Source of the DNA: Laetmonice hystrix
Lineage: Eukaryota
Length of the DNA: 64,000 nt
Reading direction: 5' to 3'
NCBI GenBank assembly: GCA_965235115.1
Contig: OZ249436.1
Coordinates: 25,112,001-25,176,000, forward strand
In this document: piece by piece, positions 52,501 to 64,000 of the stretch
Layout: each line of letters opens with the position of its first letter
Numbering within the stretch: position 1 is the first letter of the stretch
Program-made: the position numbers and the translations under genes
Notes under the pieces: model-generated
Told to the model about the DNA's origin: nothing
The model's input: the letters and a program-made list of their open reading frames with translations, nothing else
The model's database searches: none

Positions 52501-55500
52501 TAATACCATTATACCATCAACTCGCATTACAGGCCTAATGCGAAGCTCCCAGCCTAAAACGAGTTTCCAATTAATTTAAAGTTAACAAGATGCACTAATA
52601 ATCGATTCCAAGCCTAATTAGGCCATTGCTAGTTGGATAACCAAATCTCATACAAAATACACCCTCCCGGCAGATGACCTGAGAATATTCAACTCTTATG
52701 TCCGATATATCCCTGTCCGCTTAGTAGCACCCAGCCGGGCCCCCATTTTGACATTGCAACACCAATACAGCAAGTGCCCAGCTAACAGCACAAATAACAG
52801 GATTCAAGGCTTCCTACCACGTTACAAGTCACAATAGATTGCTGCCTGTCGTAAAAATATACCAGACCATTTTAAAAAGTCACAGAACCCCAATCCGGCC
52901 CTAATATGTCACTCCCAGTACCAATAGACGCTGGAAGCACCATCAACTGAAATTCAGGCCTAGAACCCACCTCTCTCTACCAATATCATGCACCTAGTCC
53001 GTATACGAGGTTGTAATTTACTTTAATCAACGGGCTGCGCCGCAGCAACCCACTCTGGTCTTTGCAATCTTTTTCAATATGCGTTAACATTTGTGACCAG
53101 CTCAACGCGCCTTGTAAAATTTTTCAAAGTGCGTAAAAGTGTGTGTCCACCCCGACACGCTTTCCAAACCACTATACCCACCGAGCGACATCCACTCAAA
53201 TACAGGCTTCGACCGATCCTCACTGTGCCAATAATCCGCCACAAGGCAAATTCAGTCAATGCAAGCTGGAAAATCGAATGTCAAACCTAATGCTCCCCCC
53301 CCCCAGCACGTTAACTGAAAAAAATCAACTAGCTTGAAAACTAGAATATAGCTTTGTTTAGCTAACAATCTACTCTCCCAGCGCCATCAACTCGCATACA
53401 GGCGTAAAAGCAAACGCACTGCCCCATATAATGCTCCCAGCCTAAGACGATGTTGCAATTAATTTAAGATTAACAAGATGCACTAGTAATCCGATCCAAG
53501 CCTAATTACGTCATTGCTAGTTTCATAACCAAATCTCACAGAAAATACCCCACCCGCGCACATAACCTGAAAATATTCAACTTTTATCTCCAATGTATCC
53601 CTGTGCACCTAGTAGCACCCAAGCGGGCCCAATTTTGACATTCCAACACAAATACCGCAAATACCCGCCTAATGGCACAAAAAACTTTCTACCCCGTTGC
53701 AAGTCACATTAGCTTGCTGCTTGTCGTAAAAAATGGTGCAGACCATTTCTAAAGTCACAGTACCCCACTCCCGGCCTAATATTACGTTTCAGTATCCATA
53801 TACGCTGCAAGCGGCAAGAACTCGAATACAGGCCTAAAAGTAACCCCAGTCTAGCAATATCATACTCTCATGCCATATACGAGCTTGTAATTATCTTTAA
53901 TTAATGGGCTCCGCAGCACCAACCCACTGCATTAACATTTGTTTAACAGCTTAACGCACCTTGTAAAAAATTTTCAAGTGCGTAAAAATGCGTGTCCACC
54001 TCCACATACTTTAAAAATCACTATACCCACCCAGCGACATTCACTCTAATACACGCCTAAGAGGAACTTCACTGTCCCATTTGATTCTCCAGCACGTATA
54101 GGATGTTTCAAGTAACATTCATCCACGGTCTGGCCCAATAACGTGCAACAAGGCATAGTAAGTCAATGCGAGCTCGCATGTCAAACCTAACCCGCCCCCC
54201 AGCACATGAGCTGAAAATATTCAAATAGCTTGAAAACTAGAATATAGCTTTGCTTAATACCATTATACCATCAACTCGCATTACAGGCCTAATGCGAAGC
54301 TCCCAGCCTAAAACGAGTTTCCAATTAATTTAAAGTTAACAAGATGCACTAATAATCGATTCCAAGCCTAATTAGGCCATTGCTAGTTGGATAACCAAAT
54401 CTCATACAAAATACACCCTCCCGGCAGATGACCTGAGAATATTCAACTCTTATGTCCGATATATCCCTGTCCGCTTAGTAGCACCCAGCCGGGCCCCCAT
54501 TTTGACATTGCAACACCAATACAGCAAGTGCCCAGCTAACAGCACAAATAACAGGATTCAGGGCTTCCTACCACGTTACAAGTCACAATAGATTGCTGCC
54601 TGTCGTAAAAATATACCAGACCATTTTAAAAAGTCACAGAACCCCAATCCGGCCCTAATATGTCACTCCCAGTACCAATACACTCTGGAAGCACCATCAA
54701 CTGAAATTCAGGCCTAGAACCCACCTCTCTCTACCAATATCATGCACCTAGTCCGTATACGAGGTTGTAATTTACTTTAATCAACGGGCTGCGCCGCAGC
54801 AACCCACTCTGGTCTTTGCAATCTTTTTCAATATGCGTTAACATTTGTAACCAGCTCAACGCGCCTTGTAAAATTTTTCAAAGTGCGTAAAAGTGTGTGT
54901 CCACCCCGACACGCTTTCCAAACCACTATACCCACCGAGCGACATCCACTCAAATACAGGCTTCGACCGATCCTCACTGTGCCAATAATCCGCCACAAGG
55001 CAAATTCAGTCAATGCAAGCTGGAAAATCGAATGTCAAACCTAATACTCCCCCCCCCCAGCACGTTAACTGAAAATAATAAACTAGCTTGAAAACTAGAA
55101 TATAGCTTTGTTTAGCTAACAATCTACTCTCCCAGCGCCATCAACTCGCATACAGGCGTAAAAGCAAACGCACTGCCCCATATAATGCTCCCAGCCTAAA
55201 ACGATGTTGCAATTAATTTAAAATTAACAAGATGCACTAGTAATCCGATCCAAGCTTAATTACGTCATTGCTAGTTTCATAACCAAATCTCACAGAAAAT
55301 ACCCCACCCGGGCACATAACCTGAAAATATTCAACTTTTATCTCCAATGTATCCCTGTGCACCTAGTAGCACCCAAGCGGGCCCAATTTTGACATCCCAA
55401 CACAAATACCGCAAATACCCGCCTAATGGCACAAAAAACTTTCTACCCCATTGCAAGTCACATTAGCGTGCTGCTTGTCGTAAAAAATGGTGCAGACCAT

Positions 55501-58500
55501 TTCTAAAGTCACAGTACCCCACTCCCGGCCTAATATTACGTTTCAGTATCCATAGACGCTGCAAGCGGCAGGAACTCGAATACAGGCCTAAATGTAACCT
55601 CAGTCTAGCAATATCATACTCCCATGCCATATACGAGCTTGTAATTATCTTTAATTAATGGGCTCCGCAGCACCAACCCACTGCATTAACATTTGTTTAA
55701 CAGCTTAACTCACCTTGTAAAATTTTTTCAAGTGCGTAAAAATGCGTGTCCACCTCCACATACTTTAAAAATCACTATACCCACCCAGCGACATCCACTC
55801 TAATACACGCCTAAAAGGAACTTCACTGTCCCATTTGATTCTCCAGCACGTATAGGATGTTTCAAGTAACATTCATCCACGGTCTGGCCCAATAACGTGC
55901 AACAAGGCATAGTAAGTCAATGCGAGCTCGCATGTCAAACCTAACCCGCCCCCAAGCACATGAGCTGAAAATATTCAAATAGCTTGAAAACTAGAATATA
56001 GCTTTGCTTAATACCATTATACCATCAACTCGCATTACAGGCCTAATGCGAAGCTCCCAGCCTAAAACGAGTTTCCAATTAATTTAAAGTTAACAAGATG
56101 CACTAATAATCGATTCCAAGCCTAATTAGGCCATTGCTAGTTGGATAACCAAATCTCATACAAAATACACCCTCCCGGCAGATGACCTGAGAATATTCAA
56201 CTCTTATGTCCGATATATCCCTGTCCGCTTAGTAGCACCCAGCCGGGCCCCCATTTTGACATTGCAACACCAATACAGCAAGTGCCCAGCTAACAGCACA
56301 AATAACAGGATTCAGGGCTTCCTACCACGTTACAAGTCACAATAGATTGCTGCCTGTCGTAAAAATATACCAGACCATTTTAAAAAGTCACAGAACCCCA
56401 ATCCGGCCCTAATATGTCACTCCCAGTACCAATAGACGCTGGAAGCACCATCAACTGAAATTCAGGCCTAGAACCCACCTCTCTCTACCAATATCATGCA
56501 CCTAGTCCGTATACGAGGTTGTAATTTCCTTTAATCAACGGGCTGCGCCGCAGCAACCCACTCTGGTCTTTGCAATCTTTTTCAATATGCGTTAACATTT
56601 GTGACCAGCTCAACGCGCCTTGTAAAATTTTTCAAAGTGCGTAAAAGTGTGTGTCCACCCCGACACGCTTTCCAAACCACTATACCCACCGAGCGACATC
56701 CACTCAAATACAGGCTTCGACCGATCCTCACTGTGCCAATAATCCGCCACAAGGCAAATTCAGTCAATGCAAGCTGGAAAATCGAATGTCAAACGTAATG
56801 CTCCCCCCCCAGCACGTTAACTGAAAATAATCAACTAGCTTGAAAACTAGAATATAGCTTTGTTAAGCTAACAATCTACTCTCCCAGCGCCATCAACTCG
56901 CATACAGGCGTAAAAGCAAACGCACTGCCCCATATAATGCTCCCAGCCTAAAACGATGTTGCAATTAATTTAAAATTAACAAGATGCACTAGTAATCCGA
57001 TCCAAGCCTAATTACGTCATTGCTAGTTTCATAACCAAATCTCACAGAAAATACCCCACCCGCGCACATAACCTGAAAATATTCAACTTTTATCTCCAAT
57101 GTATCCCTGTGCACCTAGTAGCACCCAAGCGGGCCCAATTTTGACATTCCAACACAAATACCGCAAATACCCGCCTAATGGCACAAAAAACTTTCTACCC
57201 CGTTGCAAGTCACATTAGCTTGCTGCTTGTCGTAAAAAATGGTGCAGACCATTTCTAAAGTCACAGTACCCCACTCCCGGCCTAATATTACGTTTCAGTA
57301 TCCATATACGCTGCAAGCGGCAGGAACTCGAATACAGGCCTAAAAGTAACCCCAGTCTAGCAATATCATACTCTCATGCCATATACGAGCTTGTAATTAT
57401 CTTTAATTAATGGGCTCCGCAGCACCAACCCACTGCATTAACATTTGTTTAACAGCTTAACGCACCTTGTAAAAAATTTTCAAGTGCGTAAAAATGCGTG
57501 TCCACCTCCACATACTTTAAAAATCACTATACCCACCCAGCGACATTCACTCTAATACACGCCTAAGAGGAACTTCACTGTCCCATTTGATTCTCCAGCA
57601 CGTATAGGATGTTTCAAGTAACATTTATCCACGGTCTGGCCCAATAACGTGCAACAAGGCATAGTAAGTCAATGCGACCTCGCATGTCAAACCTAACCCG
57701 CCCCCCAGCACATGAGCTGGAGATATTCAAATAGCTTGAAAACTAGAATATAGCTTTGCTTAATACCATTATACCATCAACTCGCCTTACAGGCCTAATG
57801 CGAAGCTCCCAGCCTAAAACGAGTTTCCAATTAATTTAAAGTTAACAAGATGCACTAATAATCGATTCCAAGCCTAATTAGGCCATTGCTAGTTGGATAA
57901 CCAAATCTCATACAAAATACACCCTCCCGGCAGATGACCTGAGAATATTCAACTCTTATGTCCGATATATCCCTGTCCGCTTAGTAGCACCCAGCCGGGC
58001 CCCCATTTTGACATTGCAACACCAATACAGCAAGTGCCCAGCTAACAGCACAAATAACAGGATTCAGGGCTTCCTACCACGTTACAAGTCACAATAGATT
58101 GCTGCCTGTCGTAAAAATATACCAGACCATTTTAAAAAGTCACAGAACCCCAATCCGGCCCTAATATGTCACTCCCAGTACCAATACACGCTGGAAGCAC
58201 CATCAACTGAAATTCAGGCCTAGAACCCACCTCTCTCTACCAATATCATGCACCTGGTCCGTATACGAGGTTGTAATTTACTTTAATCAACGGGCTGCGC
58301 CGCAGCAACCCACTCTGGTCTTTGCAATCTTTTTCAATATGCGTTAACATTTGTAACCAGCTCAACGCGCCTTGTAAAATTTTTCAAAGTGCGTAAAAGT
58401 GTGTGTCCACCCCGACACGCTTTCCAAACCACTATACCCACCGAGCGACATCCACTCAAATACAGGCTTCGACCGATCCTCACTGTGCCAATAATCCGCC

Positions 58501-61500
58501 ACAAGGCAAATTCAGTCAATGCAAGCTGGAAAATCGAATGTCAAACCTAATGCTCCCCCCCCCAGCACGTTAACTGAAAAAAATCAACTAGCTTGAAAAC
58601 TAGAATATAGCTTTGTTTAGCTAACAATCTACTCTCCCAGCGCCATCAACTCGCATACAGGCGTAAAAGCAAACGCACTGCCCCATATAATGCTCCCAGC
58701 CTAAGACGATGTTGCAATTAATTTAAGATTAACAAGATGCACTAGTAATCCGATCCAAGCCTAATTACGTCATTGCTAGTTTCATAACCAAATCTCACAG
58801 AAAATACCCCACCCGCGCACATAACCTGAAAATATTCAACTTTTATCTCCAATGTATCCCTGTGCACCTAGTAGCACCCAAGCGGGCCCAATTTTGACAT
58901 TCCAACACAAATACCGCAAATACCCGCCTAATGGCACAAAAAACTTTCTACCCCGTTGCAAGTCACATTAGCTTGCTGCTTGTCGTAAAAAATGGTGCAG
59001 ACCATTTCTAAAGTCACAGTACCCCACTCCCGGCCTAATATTACGTTTCAGTATCCATATACGCTGCAAGCGGCAAGAACTCGAATACAGGCCTAAAAGT
59101 AACCCCAGTCTAGCAATATCATACTCTCATGCCATATACGAGCTTGTAATTATCTTTAATTAATGGGCTCCGCAGCACCAACCCACTGCATTAACATTTG
59201 TTTAACAGCTTAACGCACCTTGTAAAAAATTTTCAAGTGCGTAAAAATGCGTGTCCACCTCCACATACTTTAAAAATCACTATACCCACCCAGCGACATT
59301 CACTCTAATACACGCCTAAGAGGAACTTCACTGTCCCATTTGATTCTCCAGCACGTATAGGATGTTTCAAGTAACATTCATCCACGGTCTGGCCCAATAA
59401 CGTGCAACAAGGCATAGTAAGTCAATGCGAGCTCGCATGTCAAACCTAACCCGCCCCCCAGCACATGAGCTGAAAATATTCAAATAGCTTGAAAACTAGA
59501 ATATAGCTTTGCTTAATACCATTATACCATCAACTCGCATTACAGGCCTAATGCGAAGCTCCCAGCCTAAAACGAGTTTCCAATTAATTTAAAGTTAACA
59601 AGATGCACTAATAATCGATTCCAAGCCTAATTAGGCCATTGCTAGTTGGATAACCAAATCTCATACAAAATACACCCTCCCGGCAGATGACCTGAGAATA
59701 TTCAACTCTTATGTCCGATATATCCCTGTCCGCTTAGTAGCACCCAGCCGGGCCCCCATTTTGACATTGCAACACCAATACAGCAAGTGCCCAGCTAACA
59801 GCACAAATAACAGGATTCAGGGCTTCCTACCACGTTACAAGTCACAATAGATTGCTGCCTGTCGTAAAAATATACCAGACCATTTTAAAAAGTCACAGAA
59901 CCCCAATCCGGCCCTAATATGTCACTCCCAGTACCAATACACTCTGGAAGCACCATCAACTGAAATTCAGGCCTAGAACCCACCTCTCTCTACCAATATC
60001 ATGCACCTAGTCCGTATACGAGGTTGTAATTTACTTTAATCAACGGGCTGCGCCGCAGCAACCCACTCTGGTCTTTGCAATCTTTTTCAATATGCGTTAA
60101 CATTTGTAACCAGCTCAACGCGCCTTGTAAAATTTTTCAAAGTGCGTAAAAGTGTGTGTCCACCCCGACACGCTTTCCAAACCACTATACCCACCGAGCG
60201 ACATCCACTCAAATACAGGCTTCGACCGATCCTCACTGTGCCAATAATCCGCCACAAGGCAAATTCAGTCAATGCAAGCTGGAAAATCGAATGTCAAACC
60301 TAATTCTCCCCCCCCCCAGCACGTTAACTGAAAATAATCAACTAGCTTGAAAACTAGAATATAGCTTTGTTTAGCTAACAATCTACTCTCCCAGCGCCAT
60401 CAACTCGCATTCAGGCGTAAAAGCAAACGCACTGCCCCATATAATGCTCCCAGCCTAAAACGATGTTGCAATTAATTTAAAATTAACAAGATGCACTAGT
60501 AATCCGATCCAAGCTTAATTACGTCATTGCTAGTTTCATAACCAAATCTCACAGAAAATACCCCACCCGGGCACATAACCTGAAAATATTCAACTTTTAT
60601 CTCCAATGTATCCCTGTGCACCTAGTAGCACACAAGCGGGCCCAATTTTGACATTCCAACACAAATACCGCAAATACCCGCCTAATGGCACAAAAAACTT
60701 TCTACCCCGTTGCAAGTCACATTAGCTTGCTGCTTGTCGTAAAAAATGGTGCAGATCATTTCTAAAGTCACAGTACCCCACTCCCGGCCTAATATTACGT
60801 TTCAGTATCCATATACGCTGCAAGCGGCAGGAACTCGAATACAGGCCTAAAAGTAACCCCAGTCTAGCAATATCATACTCTCATGCCATATACGAGCTTG
60901 TAATTATCTTTAATTAATGGGCTCCGCAGCACCAACCCACTGCATTAACATTTGTTTAACAGCTTAACGCACCTTGTAAATTTTTTTCAAGTGCGTAAAA
61001 ATGCGTGTCCACCTCCACATACTTTAAAAATCACTATACCCACCCAGCGACATCCACTCTAATACACGCCTAAAAGGAACTTCACTGTCCCATTTGATTC
61101 TCCAGCACGTATAGGATGTTTCAAGTAACATTCATCCACGGTCTGGCCCAATAACGTGCAACAAGGCATAGTAAGTCAATGCGAGCTCGCATGTCAAACC
61201 TAACCCGCCCCCAAGCACATGAGCTGAAAATATTCAAATAGCTTGAAAACTAGAATATAGCTTTGCTTAATACCATTATACCATCAACTCGCATTACAGG
61301 CCTAATGCGAAGCTCCCAGCCTAAAACGAGTTTCCAATTAATTTAAAGTTAACAAGATGCACTAATAATCGATTCCAAGCCTAATTAGGCCATTGCTAGT
61401 TGGATAACCAAATCTCATACAAAATACACCCTCCCGGCAGATGACCTGAGAATATTCAACTCTTATGTCCGATATATCCCTGTCCGCTTAGTAGCACCCA

Positions 61501-64000
61501 GCCGGGCCCCCATTTTGACATTGCAACACCAATACAGCAAGTGCCCAGCTAACAGCACAAATAACAGGATTCAGGGCTTCCTACCACGTTACAAGTCACA
61601 ATAGATTGCTGCCTGTCGTAAAAATATACCAGACCATTTTAAAAAGTCACAGAACCCCAATCCGGCCCTAATATGTCACTCCCAGTACCAATAGACGCTG
61701 GAAGCACCATCAACTGAAATTCAGGCCTAGAACCCACCTCTCTCTACCAATATCATGCACCTAGTCCGTATACGAGGTTGTAATTTCCTTTAATCAACGG
61801 GCTGCGCCGCAGCAACCCACTCTGGTCTTTGCAATCTTTTTCAATATGCGTTAACATTTGTGACCAGCTCAACGCGCCTTGTAAAATTTTTCAAAGTGCG
61901 TAAAAGTGTGTGTCCACCCCGACACGCTTTCCAAACCACTATACCCACCGAGCGACATCCACTCAAATACAGGCTTCGACCGATCCTCACTGTGCCAATA
62001 ATCCGCCACAAGGCAAATTCAGTCAATGCAAGCTGGAAAATCGAATTTCAAACCTAATGCTCCCCCCCCAGCACGTTAACTGAAAATAATCAACTAGCTT
62101 GAAAACTAGAATATAGCTTTGTTTAGCTAACAATCTACTCTCCCAGCGCCATCAACTCGCATACAGGCGTAAAAGCAAACGCACTGCCCCATATAATGCT
62201 CCCAGCCTAAAACGATGTTGCAATTAATTTAAAATTAACAAGATGCACTAGTAATCCGATCCAAGCTTAATTACGTCATTGCTAGTTTCATAACCAAATC
62301 TCACAGAAAATACCCCACCCGGGCACATAACCTGAAAATATTCAACTTTTATCTCCAATGTATCCCTGTGCACCTAGTAGCACCCAAGCGGGCCCAATTT
62401 TGACATCCCAACACAAATACCGCAAATACCCGCCTAATGGCACAAAAAACTTTCTACCCCGTTGCAAGTCACATTAGCGTGCTGCTTGTCGTAAAAAATG
62501 GTGCAGACCATTTCTAAAGTCACAGTACCCCACTCCCGGCCTAATATTACGTTTCAGTATCCATATACGCTGCAAGCGGCCGGAACTCGAATACAGGCCT
62601 AAAAGTAACCTCAGTCTAGCAATATCATACTCCCATGCCATATACGAGCTTGTAATTATCTTTAATTAATGGGCTCCGCAGCACCAACCCACTGCATTAA
62701 CATTTGTTTAACAGCTTAACTCACCTTGTAAAATTTTTTCAAGTGCGTAAAAATGCGTGTCCACCTCCACATACTTTAAAAATCACTATACCCACCCAGC
62801 GACATCCACTCTAATACACGCCTAAAAGGAACTTCACTGTCCCATTTGATTCTCCAGCACGTATAGGATGTTTCAAGTAACATTCATCCACGGTCTGGCC
62901 CAATAACGTGCAACAAGGCATAGTAAGTCAATGCGAGCTCGCATGTCAAACCTAACCCGCCCCCAAGCACATGAGCTGAAAATATTCAAATAGCTTGAAA
63001 ACTAGAATATAGCTTTGCTTAATACCATTATACCATCAACTCGCATTACAGGCCTAATGCGAAGCTCCCAGCCTAAAACGAGTTTCCAATTAATTTAAAG
63101 TTAACAAGATGCACTAATAATCGATTCCAAGCCTAATTAGGCCATTGCTAGTTGGATAACCAAATCTCATACAAAATACACCCTCCCGGCAGATGACCTG
63201 CGAATATTCAACTCTTATGTCCGATATATCCCTGTCCGCTTAGTAGCACCCAGCCGGGCCCCCATTTTGACATTGCAACACCAATACAGCAAGTGCCCAG
63301 CTAACAGCACAAATAACAGGATTCAGGGCTTCCTACCACGTTACAAGTCACAATAGATTGCTGCCTGTCGTAAAAATATACCAGACCATTTTAAAAAGTC
63401 ACAGAACCCCAATCCGGCCCTAATATGTCACTCCCAGTACCAATAGACGCTGGAAGCACCATCAACTGAAATTCAGGCCTAGAACCCACCTCTCTCTACC
63501 AATATCATGCACCTAGTCCGTATACGAGGTTGTAATTTCCTTTAATCAACGGGCTGCGCCGCAGCAACCCACTCTGGTCTTTGCAATCTTTTTCAATATG
63601 CGTTAACATTTGTGACCAGCTCAACGCGCCTTGTAAAATTTTTCAAAGTGCGTAAAAGTGTGTGTCCACCCCGACACGCTTTCCAAACCACTATACCCAC
63701 CGAGCGACATCCACTCAAATACAGGCTTCGACCGATCCTCACTGTGCCAATAATCCGCCACAAGGCAAATTCAGTCAATGCAAGCTGGAAAATCGAATGT
63801 CAAACCTAATGCTCCCCCCCCCAGCACGTTAACTGAAAATAATCAACTAGCTTGAAAACTAGAATATAGCTTTGTTTAGCTAACAATCTACTCTCCCAGC
63901 GCCATCAACTCGCATACAGGCGTAAAAGCAAACGCACTGCCCATATAATGCTCCCAGCATAAAACGATGTTGCAATTAATTTAAAATTAACAAGATGCAC

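Larger units (their letters stand above)
1..64000. repeat. Tandem satellite array, ~1753-bp unit, 36 complete head-to-tail copies plus a partial one, extending beyond both window ends
   Basis: The anchor CCAGC(C/A)TAA(A/G)ACGATGTTGC starts at 1, 1758, 3901, 5656, 7408, 9130, 10883, 12636, 14391, 16144, 17896, 19648, 21401, 23154, 24907, 26660, 28414, 30171, 31925, 33678, 35430, 37185, 38939, 40695, 42448, 44203, 45955, 47709, 49931, 51683, 53437, 55191, 56943, 58696, 60450, 62202 and 63954. The identical ORFs in the track recur with the same 1752-1756 bp spacing. Confidence 0.99.

Noticed and set aside
1..64000. CRISPR array or tandem LTR/transposon multimer
   Set aside because: There is no short repeat with unique spacers, since whole units are near-identical. 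I saw no terminal inverted repeats, TG..CA LTR ends with a primer-binding site, or coding remnants delimiting the unit.

Overview
This window has no credible genes. It is almost entirely one head-to-tail tandem satellite array, probably eukaryotic: 36 complete units of about 1752-1757 bp plus the first ~47 bp of a 37th, all in one orientation and nearly identical. The unit is hierarchical. It is a dimer of two diverged subunits (A ~866 bp, B ~887 bp). Each subunit appears to be a tetramer of a much older, degenerate ~219-bp monomer (1753/8 = 219). Diagnostic SNPs also group whole units into haplotype runs and a duplicated 3-unit (~5.26 kb) block. Three things interrupt the array: a ~386-390 bp non-autonomous terminal-inverted-repeat element (MITE) inserted at a TATA site in unit 2 (2785-3170), a 100-N scaffold gap (7539-7638), and a 469-bp internal tandem duplication in unit 28 (48617-49554). 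The short ORFs in the track recur only because the repeat recurs. A centromeric or pericentromeric role is plausible but cannot be established from sequence alone. All alignments and counts were made by eye.
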